Source: an uncultured bacterium
Lineage (GTDB): Bacteria > Patescibacteriota > Saccharimonadia > UBA4664
Direction of reading: 5' to 3'
Length of the DNA: 64,000 nucleotides
NCBI GenBank assembly: GCA_963740635.1
Contig: CAVUEQ010000001.1
Span: 401,026 to 465,025, forward strand
Positions 54,992 through 64,000 of this stretch are shown one piece after another. The translations under genes were made by a program, and so were the position numbers. The notes below the pieces were generated by a model, which had not been told where the DNA came from, searched no databases, and was given only the letters and a program-made list of their open reading frames with translations. Position 1 is the stretch's first letter, and each line of letters begins with the position of its first letter.

Positions 54992-55543
54992 TTACATAAT
55001 CCCGGGCGGGTTCGTGTAGAAGCTGAGTGCCGTGTCGCCGTATTTTTTGGCTTTAGTTAGAGGCAAGCTGAGTTCGGGAGCCGGGTGCTTGCTGGAATGG
55101 CTGAGGGCGAGCACGCCTCCGGGCATGAGGAATGCACCGAGGCGTTCGAGGATTACGGAGTCGAGCTGGGCGTATGGTGGGTCGGCGATAATGAGACCGT
55201 AGCGAGGCGCCGGCGGGTATTGGGCGGGGCTGGCCAGCCAGGTTTCCACGGTCATTTGGTGCAGCACAAAACCCCAATCGAGGCCGAGGGACTTGGCCGA
55301 GGCGGTGATGCTGCGAGCCACGCGGGCGTTGGCCTCGACGGCGTCCACGAGCACGGCGCCGCGGCTTGCGGCCTCGAAGCCGGCCGCGCCCGAACCGGCG
55401 TAGGCGTCGAGGACGGTGAGGCCGGCCGGTGCGCCCACGACGTCGAAGAGGGCGGCGCGAACTTTTTCGGACAGCGGGCGCACGCTTCGGCTGGCGGGCT
55501 GGGCGATGCGGCGGCCGCCCAGGGTTCCCGACAGGATTTTCAC
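54992..55543 (-). CDS. rsmD: 16S rRNA (guanine966-N2)-methyltransferase RsmD
   Basis: GTG start at 55541-55543 overlaps the upstream stop (GTGA). Has DAYAGSGA SAM-binding and IIADPPY motifs. Confidence 0.8.
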   Translation of the reverse strand: MKILSGTLGGRRIAQPASRSVRPLSEKVRAALFDVVGAPAGLTVLDAYAGSGAAGFEAASRGAVLVDAVEANARVARSITASAKSLGLDWGFVLHQMTVETWLASPAQYPPAPRYGLIIADPPYAQLDSVILERLGAFLMPGGVLALSHSSKHPAPELSLPLTKAKKYGDTALSFYTNPPGIM

Positions 55544-56421
55544 GCTGCCGGTAGCTCGGCCACGACCGCGTCTGACTCGGCGGCGGCGGCCGTCACCATG
55601 GCCTGGCCGGCCTCCAGCAGCGCCAGCAGCCAAACGACGCCGATGGCTCGCGCGGCTTTGGGCGCCAGGACGTTTTTGACCGTGCTCGCAATGTCGTTGT
55701 TCCAGCCCTCCTTGTAAAAGCGGTCGTACAACCCCAGGCCGGCGACTTCGCGGGCCTCGCTTTTGAAATACTCGATGGGGCCCAGCGAGCGGGCGCGGGC
55801 CAGCTCCTGGTCGTCAAACTGCGGCTTGATCGGAAATATCAGCAGCGCGAAGGCAATGCCCAGCTCGAAATTGGTGTGAGTGGTCATGTGGCCCTTGGCG
55901 CCCCAAATGTCCCAGTTCTTCTTAATATGGCCGGCAAACTGGTTGAAGCGCCCAGCTTCCAGGTCGCGGCTGGCCTTGCCGGCGGCCTCGGCGATTTTGT
56001 CCTCGAGCGGGAATTGGTGCGCCGGGGTGAGGCCGTCGCCGATGTAGTGCGCCAGCCAGGCCGCCTCAAACGACGCCCGCACCATGTCACCGGTGCTCAG
56101 GCATTCGACCAGCCCGCGGTAGTGCGTTTCGATGTGTTCCGGCACCTCGCCCTCGTCGGCTACCGGGTCGTAGAGGTGGCTGGGGTTGTGGTTGTCTTTG
56201 TGGCTCTGATCGCTGCCTTTGGGCTTGAGTCCGATCTTGGTATTGAGGCCGTCGGGCCCGTTATAGCCTTCGAAACGCAAAATCGAAGCCAGGTCCGGGA
56301 AGGCCTCGCTCGGCAAATAATGTGAAATCATTTTGTAGGCTGCAGTATCGAGACGCTGGTGGATACCGGCCGACTTTACAACTCGTCTGGGCGTAATAAA
56401 CCCTGCGTACATACTATCCAA
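55540..56421 (-). CDS. hypothetical protein, possibly of the zinc-dependent phospholipase C / P1-nuclease superfamily
   Basis: HYIGDGLTPAH resembles the H..GD...P.H metal-ligand motif of that superfamily. Start uncertain (TTG 56421 or ATG 56412). Confidence 0.4.
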   Translation of the reverse strand: MDSMYAGFITPRRVVKSAGIHQRLDTAAYKMISHYLPSEAFPDLASILRFEGYNGPDGLNTKIGLKPKGSDQSHKDNHNPSHLYDPVADEGEVPEHIETHYRGLVECLSTGDMVRASFEAAWLAHYIGDGLTPAHQFPLEDKIAEAAGKASRDLEAGRFNQFAGHIKKNWDIWGAKGHMTTHTNFELGIAFALLIFPIKPQFDDQELARARSLGPIEYFKSEAREVAGLGLYDRFYKEGWNNDIASTVKNVLAPKAARAIGVVWLLALLEAGQAMVTAAAAESDAVVAELPAA

Positions 56422-56467
56422 ACGTTATGTCTAACATTATACCGGGTTTTTGGCCCATAAACGACTT

Positions 56468-56492
56468 GGAGCCCCGGACAACCGGGGTCTCC
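56468..56492 (-). terminator. strong GC hairpin after ilvC
   Basis: GGAGCCCCGG-ACAA-CCGGGG(T)CTCC. Weak U-tract. Confidence 0.45.
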
Positions 56493-56553
56493 AGTCGTCC
56501 GAGGCTCATAGTGGCACTCGGAAGGTGATGCTTGTGCGCGAGGGCCGACGGCG

Positions 56554-57678
<1,125 letters not shown>

Positions 57679-57704
57679 CTATCAGAATTAATACAAAGAT
57701 AAGT

Positions 57705-59765
57705 CTAATCGAGAGAAGTCACGGCTTTGAGGGCGTTAACCTTGGCCGCAACCGAAGGGTGCTTGAGCATGGCGCCGGGGTCGGAGAGGAATTTGAGGGC
57801 TTCGGCGCGGACGGACGCCAGGAATTTGACGTCGGAGATGTCGGCCAGCTGGACGTCGAGGGTGCCGTGCTGGCGGCGGCCGTAGATTTCGCCGGGGCCG
57901 CGCAGCTCGAGGTCGATCTGCGCGAGCCGGAAGCCGTCGCGGGATTTTTCGAGCGCGCCGAGCCGCTCGAGGGTGCCGGGGGCTTTGGATTCGGCGACGA
58001 GGAAGCAGCTGGCGGGGTGGGCGCCGCGGCCGATGCGCCCGCGCAATTGGTGGAGCGCCGCCAGGCCGAAGCGTTCGGCGCCCTCCACGAGCATGACTGT
58101 GGCATTGGGTATATCGATGCCGACCTCGATGACCGACGTGGATACCAGGATGTCGAGCTCGCCCGCCGCGAACTGGTCCATGACGGCCTGTTTGTCGGCG
58201 GTGGCCATGCGACCGTGGAGTAAGCCGAGCCGGCGGTGCTTGAACGGGCCCTCGGACAAGCGTTTGAATTCGGCGGTGACACTTTTGGCGTCGAGTTCGG
58301 GCGAATCATCGATGAGCGGACACACCACGAACACCTGGCGGCCGGCGGTGATCTGCTCGTTAATGTGGTCGTAGGCCTTGGCGCGGCTTTTGGCGTCGAG
58401 CACCTTGGTGGTGATGGGCTGGCGGCCCGGCGGCAGGCCCTCAATCACCGACACGTCGAGCTCGCCATAAACAGTGAGCTGGAGGCTGCGCGGGATCGGC
58501 GTGGCGGTCATGGACAGCAAGTGCGGCAGGCGGCCGGCCTTGGCCTTGAGCTGCTTGCGCTGGGCCACGCCGAAGCGGTGCTGCTCGTCGATGATGACCA
58601 GGCCGAGATTGGGCAGCTCCACCGATTCGCCGAGCAGGGCCTGCGTGCCGATTACCAGCAGCGGGCCGCCGGCCTTGATGCGCTCCACGGCGGCTTTGCG
58701 CTCGGCGGCCGGCTGTTTGCCGAGGATTACGGCGGTGCGGTAGCCCAGCTTCTCCAGCAACAGCCCGATTTTGGCGGCGTGCTGGCGGGCCAGGATCTCG
58801 GTGGGCACCATGAGGGCGGCCTGATATCCGCTTTGCATAGCCATAAACGCCGCCATGGTAGCCACCACGGTTTTGCCCGAACCCACGTCGCCCTCGAGCA
58901 GGCGGTTCATGGGCTGGTCGCGGCCCAGGTCCTGAAAAATCTCCCAGGCCGCCTTCTTTTGGGCCGGGGTGAGGTCAAATTCCACCTCGTGCAGAAATTT
59001 CTTGGCGCTGTCGACCTCGAAGGGCATCTGCGGCGCACTCTCGGTCTTAATTTCGTGTTTGATCACGAGGCTGGTGAGCATCAAGAACCACAATTCCTCG
59101 AAGGCCAGCCGGTTGCGGGCCTTGGTCAACGCCGCCGTTGACGGCGGGAAATGAATGTCGAGCAACGCTTTGGTGATCCCGATGAGCTTGGCCGATTCGA
59201 TGACGGCAGGCGGCAGCGTTTCGACAAGCGTCGGAATCAGCGGCAGCACTTCGCGTACCAGGCCGCGGATTTGCTTGCTGCTGAGCCCTTCGGTCTCGGG
59301 GTACACCGGCACGATGCGGGCGGTGTCCTTGGTCATTTTGCCCTCGGCCACCACCTCGATGGCAGGCGACCGCAGCGCCAGGTCGTTGTTGGCGAAGGTG
59401 AGCTGGCCGCTCACAAGCACCGGCGTGCCCGTCGGGATGGTTTTGGCGAGGTACGATTGGTTGAACCACACGGCCTTCACGGTGCCGGTGCCGTCGGAGA
59501 TAATGGCTTCGGTAAGGTGCAACTTGCGCCCGCGCGCATAGCGTCCGGCCACGCGCTCGATCTCGCCGCGAAATGTAACGTTGCCCGGCCGCATCATCCG
59601 GATGGGAATAATTTTCGAGAAATCGTCGTAGCGGCGTGGAAAATGACGCACCAGGTCACCGAGCGTGGCGATATTCAGGCGCTCGAGCTTGTGCGCCATC
59701 TCCGGGCCAACCCCTTTTAAGGAGCCAATGGGCCGGGCCTGCCAATCATGTGACGTTTTCTCCAC
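57705..59765 (-). CDS. recG: ATP-dependent DNA helicase RecG
   Basis: 686-aa ORF. Wedge domain plus SF2 helicase motifs (GDVGSGKT, DEQHRFG). GTG start 6 nt after TGcTACACT (59772-59780). Confidence 0.92.
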   Translation of the reverse strand: MEKTSHDWQARPIGSLKGVGPEMAHKLERLNIATLGDLVRHFPRRYDDFSKIIPIRMMRPGNVTFRGEIERVAGRYARGRKLHLTEAIISDGTGTVKAVWFNQSYLAKTIPTGTPVLVSGQLTFANNDLALRSPAIEVVAEGKMTKDTARIVPVYPETEGLSSKQIRGLVREVLPLIPTLVETLPPAVIESAKLIGITKALLDIHFPPSTAALTKARNRLAFEELWFLMLTSLVIKHEIKTESAPQMPFEVDSAKKFLHEVEFDLTPAQKKAAWEIFQDLGRDQPMNRLLEGDVGSGKTVVATMAAFMAMQSGYQAALMVPTEILARQHAAKIGLLLEKLGYRTAVILGKQPAAERKAAVERIKAGGPLLVIGTQALLGESVELPNLGLVIIDEQHRFGVAQRKQLKAKAGRLPHLLSMTATPIPRSLQLTVYGELDVSVIEGLPPGRQPITTKVLDAKSRAKAYDHINEQITAGRQVFVVCPLIDDSPELDAKSVTAEFKRLSEGPFKHRRLGLLHGRMATADKQAVMDQFAAGELDILVSTSVIEVGIDIPNATVMLVEGAERFGLAALHQLRGRIGRGAHPASCFLVAESKAPGTLERLGALEKSRDGFRLAQIDLELRGPGEIYGRRQHGTLDVQLADISDVKFLASVRAEALKFLSDPGAMLKHPSVAAKVNALKAVTSLD

Positions 59766-59815
59766 TAGGGTAGTGTAGCAAACGCAGGTTTCGGCAAATC
59801 ATTTGCTCGAAATTA

Positions 59816-59845
59816 GGTATATTTTATATGCATATAATTTATACC
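59816..59845. repeat. 30-bp AT-rich quasi-palindrome
   Basis: GGTATATTTTATATGCATATAATTTATACC (26/30 self-complementary) between the tyrS stop and the recG promoter. Confidence 0.5.
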
Positions 59846-59872
59846 TAAAATGACACGAATGAATTTGGCATG

Positions 59873-61042
59873 TTATATGACTTTAAAAAAGCGCTTCTTG
59901 CCGACCTGGACGAGGTCGCCGGACTTGAGCTTGTGGGACTCGCCGTCGACGGGCTTGCCGTTGACCTTGATGCCGTCTTGATCGATGAGGCGGCGGACCT
60001 CGGTGCGGGATGAGACTAGCTCGGCGCCGACGAGGAAGTCGATAAGATTGGGGGATTTACCTTTAGAAGAAATTTCGTCGATTAGCTCATCGCTCGGGCC
60101 CTTTTTATCGCGGTAGGTGCGGTTCCAGGCGGACTCGGCTTCGAGGGCAGCCGCCTCGCCGTGGTACATCCGCACGATTTCGCGGGCCAGGGAGGCCTTG
60201 GCGTCGCGGGGGTTGGCGCCGCCGGCCAGGGTTTTTACCAGCGCGTCGATGACGTCCAGCCCGATTTCGGTGCAGAGTTTGTAGTAGGGCGCGATGAGAG
60301 AGTCGGGTAGGCTCATGACACGCCCGTACATGTCGACCGGCGCGTCGGTGAAGCCCACGTAATTGTCGAGGCTTTTGCTCATTTTGCGGGAGCCGTCGAG
60401 GCCTACGAGCAGTTCGCAGGTAAACACTATCTGCGGCTTTTGGCCGAGCTTCTTCTGCAGCGCTCGGCCGGCCACGAGGTTAAACAGCTGGTCGGTGCCG
60501 CCAAATTCCATGTCGGCCTCGAGCGCGACCGAGTCGTAGGCCTGCATGAGCGGGTAGAGCAATTCGTGCAGCGCCAACTCCTGGCCACTCTCGAGGCGGT
60601 TTTTGAAGTCGTCGCGCTCGATGATTTGGGCCACACTGATGTTTGACGCCAGACCGATAAGGTCGCCGAAGCTGAGTTTGCCCAGCCACTCGGAGTTGTA
60701 GCGGATTTCGGCTTTCTTAACGTCCAGAATGGCGCCGACCTGGTCGAGGTAGGTCTTAACGTTGGCCGCAATCTCGTCGTCGGTGAGCATGGGGCGGGTC
60801 TGGCTCTTGCCCGACGGGTCGCCGATCTTGGTGGTGTAGTCGCCGATGAGGAAAATGACGGTGTGGCCGAGGTCCTGGAAGGCCCGGAGCTTGCGCAAGG
60901 CCACGGCATGGCCGATGTGCAGGTCGGGCCGGGTGGGGTCCACGCCGAACTTGATGCGCAGCTTCTGGCCTGATTCTAGTGCGCGCTCCAGTTCAGGGCG
61001 GCCAATAATCTGATCAACGCCGCGGGAAAGTAATTCGTCCAT
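59873..61042 (-). CDS. tyrS: tyrosine--tRNA ligase
   Basis: 389-aa ORF. HIGH (LHIGHAV) and KMSKS motifs, C-terminal S4 domain. Confidence 0.93.
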   Translation of the reverse strand: MDELLSRGVDQIIGRPELERALESGQKLRIKFGVDPTRPDLHIGHAVALRKLRAFQDLGHTVIFLIGDYTTKIGDPSGKSQTRPMLTDDEIAANVKTYLDQVGAILDVKKAEIRYNSEWLGKLSFGDLIGLASNISVAQIIERDDFKNRLESGQELALHELLYPLMQAYDSVALEADMEFGGTDQLFNLVAGRALQKKLGQKPQIVFTCELLVGLDGSRKMSKSLDNYVGFTDAPVDMYGRVMSLPDSLIAPYYKLCTEIGLDVIDALVKTLAGGANPRDAKASLAREIVRMYHGEAAALEAESAWNRTYRDKKGPSDELIDEISSKGKSPNLIDFLVGAELVSSRTEVRRLIDQDGIKVNGKPVDGESHKLKSGDLVQVGKKRFFKVI

Positions 61043-61115
61043 ATGGGTGGTAGTTTAGCACGCGCATGCCTAAGTTTCGAAGCGCATCTTTTCAGCTTAA
61101 ATTCACAAGCGGGAG

Positions 61116-61124
61116 TGGTATAAT
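61116..61124 (+). promoter_or_regulatory. extended -10 TGgTATAAT for the PBP gene
   Basis: TATAAT at 61119-61124, ATG at 61131 (6-nt spacer). Confidence 0.5.
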
Positions 61125-61130
61125 TTCGTC

Positions 61131-64000
61131 ATGCCTAAGCGATCCGTCCGGCGCCGGCCCGCAAAGCCGTCCGAGGACTTCACTCACAGCGCCAAAAACC
61201 ATCTGAAGAATTTCTTTCTGTCGTTTACCCCGAGCCGGTTCCGGGCTTACTGGCTGAGCCGGGACGGGTTGAAGCGGGTAGGCAAGCTAGTGGGAGCCGG
61301 GTTCCTGTTTATTTTGCTGGTGTTTTTGTGGTTTGCCAAAGACCTGCCCACGCCGGGTAAAATTAACGCCCGGGTGACCGCCCAGACCACCAAGTTCTAC
61401 GATTCCACCGGCAACAAGCTTATTTACGAGCTGTATGGCGACCAGAACCGCAGCATTGTAGCATTCGACCAGATCCCGGCGGTGGCCAAGAACGCCACCA
61501 TCGCCATCGAGGACAAGAATTTCTACCACCACGGAGCATTTAGCTTTTTGGGTTACATCCGCGCGGGATTTGCCGACCTGCTGCACCGCAACACGGCGCA
61601 GGGCGGCTCGACGATTACGCAGCAGTACGTGAAGAACGCGCTGCTCGACCCGGCCGACCACAGCTTTTCGCGCAAGATCAAGGAGCTGATCCTGTCGATG
61701 GAAATCGGCCAGTTCTATTCCAAAAACGACATCCTCACGCTCTATCTTAATGAGATTCCCTACGGCAACCGGGCGTATGGCATCGAGAGCGCCTGCAAGA
61801 CGTTCTTCCCGCAGGATATCGACAAAGCCGACAAGGACCAGCATTGCGCCAAGAACCTCGATTTGGGGCAGTCGGCCCTGCTGGCGTCCATTCTGAACGC
61901 GCCGTCGTACTTTTCGCCCTACGGCGCCCACCAGCCGCAATTGATCGACCGGCAGCACATCGTGCTCGACCTCATGGTGGAGCAGGGTTACGTCAGTAAG
62001 ACCGACGCTGACGCCGCCAAGTGGACGGTCGAGGACCTCAACGTCCAGAATCCGAACGTCAAGATCGCGAAGGAGCAAAATCTGTACGCCAACCTCGACC
62101 CCCGGTTGGCCCACTTTGTGCTTTACGCTCAGGATTACCTGGAGAACAAATACGGCACCTCGACCGTCACCGAGGGCGGCCTGAATGTGCGCACGACGCT
62201 CGACTACGACAAGCAGATGGCGGCCTACAACGCCATCCAGGCCAATATGAAGCACATCCAGGCGCTCGGCGGGTCGAATGCGGCCATCGTGTCGACCGAC
62301 CCGCGCAACGGCCACGTGCTCGCGATGATCGGCTCGCACGACTTCAACGACCCCAACGGCGGCCAGGTCAATGTGGCCACCAGCCAGCGCCAGCCGGGCT
62401 CAAGCTTTAAGCCCATCGTGTACTCGACCCTGTTTGGCAAAAACAAGGATGCGGCGTGTGCCAAATCCCGTGATTGCCCCACCTACGGTCCCGGCACCAC
62501 TATTTATGACGTGCCCACCAACTTCGGCACCGACGCCAACCCCTACAAGCCGCAAAACTTCGGGAACAAGAATTACGGCATCATCACGGTGCGGCAGGCC
62601 TTGGCCGGCTCGCTGAACGTGCCGGCGGTGAAGGCGCTGGCGATGGCGGGGATCAGCAATTCGCTCCAGACGGCCCAGGCACTCGGCATCGACACCCTCA
62701 AGTCGGCCGACAACTACGGCCTGTCGCTGGTGCTGGGAACCGGAGGTGTGGAGCTGGTGGAAATGGCCAACGCCTACGAATCGTTTGCCAACGGCGGCCT
62801 GCATTATGAGCAAACGCCGATATTGCTGCTCAAAGACCAGAAGGGCAACATCATGGAGGACAACACCAAGCCCGCCAAGCCCAAGCAAGCGCTCGACCCG
62901 CAGGTAGCCGGGCTGATGGCCGACGTGCTGAGCGACAATGGGGCCAAGCAATTCGTATTTGGCAACGACCTGACGCTGCGCAACATGTGCATCAACAACC
63001 ATGCCACGAACTGTTTGCACGCCGGGGCCAAGACCGGCACCACCGAGCACTTCAACGACGCCTGGACGATGGGCTTCACGCCGGATCTGGTGGGCGGCGT
63101 GTGGGTGGGCAACAACGACAACAGTCCAATGAGTGCGGCGGCGGCCGACATTGCCGCCCCTATCTGGAGGACCTACATGAACGCGGTGCTGGGCGGCACG
63201 CCGAATGAGGCCTTCGCCAAGCCCGCGAGCCTTAAGACCGTGTCGCTCGACAAGACGACCGGCCGCGGCGTCACAGCCGGCACCAAGACCACGACGGTCG
63301 ACCTGTTCCCCAGCTGGTACACGGCCATGGGTTCGGTGGGCGGCAAGAGCGCGCAGATCGACAAGGTCTCCGGTAAGCTGGCCACGGAGTGCACACCCGA
63401 CCTGGCGAAAGACACCGCCTACTCCAGCGCGATTCTGCCTGAGATCACGAAGGCCGAAAATCCGAGCCAGTACCTAAACTGGCTGACGGCACTGCAACGG
63501 GCGGGCTATTCCACCAGCGGCGGCGATTTGCCCACCGACGCCGACAATGTGCACCATTGCGACGACGTGAAGCCGACGGTGGTCATCAACGGCGCGGGGG
63601 GCGGCGGGCCATACAATCTGAACATTAAAGTAAACTCGGGAACCTTCACAGCCAACAAGCTCGAAGTGTACTTTGATGACCAGATTGTGTCGACGCAGGT
63701 AATTGACGGCACCGGGACCTACCCCGTTTCGTACGCTCCGACCACTACCGGCAGCCATGACTTTAAGGCGGTGGTAACCGACGCCGCGCTCTACCAGGGC
63801 AGCGATGATAAATCCGTAACCGTCACCAACAGCGGCGGGGGCGGCGGCTTCAGCGGCGTGCTGCCCGCGGATGGCAGCCAGGTGCCGTCCGGGCCGGTGA
63901 CATTTAGCTGGACTATTGACTCCGGGGCCAGCAGCTATAGCTTGTATGTCGATAATATTCTGCGCGGAACCACTGCCGCGACTGTGAAGTCGGTGAGCGG
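61131..64000 (+). CDS. class A penicillin-binding protein (GT51 transglycosylase + transpeptidase), 3'-truncated by the window edge
   Basis: Not in the ORF track because it is open-ended. My translation reads MPKRSVRRRP..., a TM helix, EDKNFYHHGAF, GGSTITQQ, RKIKE (GT51), SSFKP at 62400 and KTGTT at about 63030, then Gly-linked beta-sandwich-like repeats. Confidence 0.88.
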   Translation, partial: MPKRSVRRRPAKPSEDFTHSAKNHLKNFFLSFTPSRFRAYWLSRDGLKRVGKLVGAGFLFILLVFLWFAKDLPTPGKINARVTAQTTKFYDSTGNKLIYELYGDQNRSIVAFDQIPAVAKNATIAIEDKNFYHHGAFSFLGYIRAGFADLLHRNTAQGGSTITQQYVKNALLDPADHSFSRKIKELILSMEIGQFYSKNDILTLYLNEIPYGNRAYGIESACKTFFPQDIDKADKDQHCAKNLDLGQSALLASILNAPSYFSPYGAHQPQLIDRQHIVLDLMVEQGYVSKTDADAAKWTVEDLNVQNPNVKIAKEQNLYANLDPRLAHFVLYAQDYLENKYGTSTVTEGGLNVRTTLDYDKQMAAYNAIQANMKHIQALGGSNAAIVSTDPRNGHVLAMIGSHDFNDPNGGQVNVATSQRQPGSSFKPIVYSTLFGKNKDAACAKSRDCPTYGPGTTIYDVPTNFGTDANPYKPQNFGNKNYGIITVRQALAGSLNVPAVKALAMAGISNSLQTAQALGIDTLKSADNYGLSLVLGTGGVELVEMANAYESFANGGLHYEQTPILLLKDQKGNIMEDNTKPAKPKQALDPQVAGLMADVLSDNGAKQFVFGNDLTLRNMCINNHATNCLHAGAKTGTTEHFNDAWTMGFTPDLVGGVWVGNNDNSPMSAAAADIAAPIWRTYMNAVLGGTPNEAFAKPASLKTVSLDKTTGRGVTAGTKTTTVDLFPSWYTAMGSVGGKSAQIDKVSGKLATECTPDLAKDTAYSSAILPEITKAENPSQYLNWLTALQRAGYSTSGGDLPTDADNVHHCDDVKPTVVINGAGGGGPYNLNIKVNSGTFTANKLEVYFDDQIVSTQVIDGTGTYPVSYAPTTTGSHDFKAVVTDAALYQGSDDKSVTVTNSGGGGGFSGVLPADGSQVPSGPVTFSWTIDSGASSYSLYVDNILRGTTAATVKSVS

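Noticed and set aside
61287-63050. 350-aa and 216-aa minus-strand ORFs (61287-62339 and 62400-63050)
   Set aside because: They are antisense shadows of the class A PBP gene, whose frame carries the GT51, SxxK and KTGT motifs.

Overview
GC-rich (roughly 60% by eye) bacterial chromosome segment, almost all coded on the minus strand. Its backbone is the conserved transcription/translation super-cluster, in ancestral order and orientation: rpoB-rpoC-rpsL-rpsG-fusA-tuf-rpsJ-rplCDWB-rpsS-rplV-rpsC-rplP-rpmC-rpsQ-rplNXE-rpsN-rpsH-rplFR-rpsE-rplO-secY-infA-rpmJ-rpsM-(rpsK). The backbone is broken in at least five places by accessory DNA: rpsG/fusA, fusA/tuf, tuf/rpsJ, rpsJ/rplC and secY/infA. Each backbone fragment has its own promoter-like and terminator-like signals. 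No rpmD (L30), adk or map lies in the usual positions. Together with small orphan metabolic genes and many toxin-antitoxin pairs, this suggests a reduced-genome lineage such as CPR/Patescibacteria (Saccharibacteria-like). That placement is inference only. The right third holds clpP-tig, an MFS/ArsR pair, a lower-GC island next to tRNA-Leu(UAG) (relBE, two mazEF pairs, a GH16 glucanase, a thrice-repeated intergenic element), rsmD, an orphan ilvC, recG, tyrS and a 3'-truncated class A PBP. Main observations: (1) an intact IS1595-family element with 23-bp TIRs and a perfect 8-bp target duplication inside the ribosomal cluster; (2) a promoter-to-terminator operon encoding a membrane protein, a proteasome-beta-like protein lacking the Thr1 nucleophile, RarA and a 37-aa micro-ORF, inside the 6-kb insertion that splits rpsJ from rplC; (3) hicBA directly behind rpsJ; (4) 13 genes whose start codon lies exactly 6 nt after a -10 hexamer (leaderless architecture), often with a TGc/TGg extended -10; (5) a near-consensus CIRCE operator over the clpP promoter; (6) about 16 frameshifting indels confined to short stretches of rpoB, fusA and tuf, most likely consensus errors; (7) an open frame linking the RpoB C-terminus to RpoC. 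No CRISPR array or rRNA gene was seen. Every call comes from reading the sequence and ORF track by eye; no database search was run.
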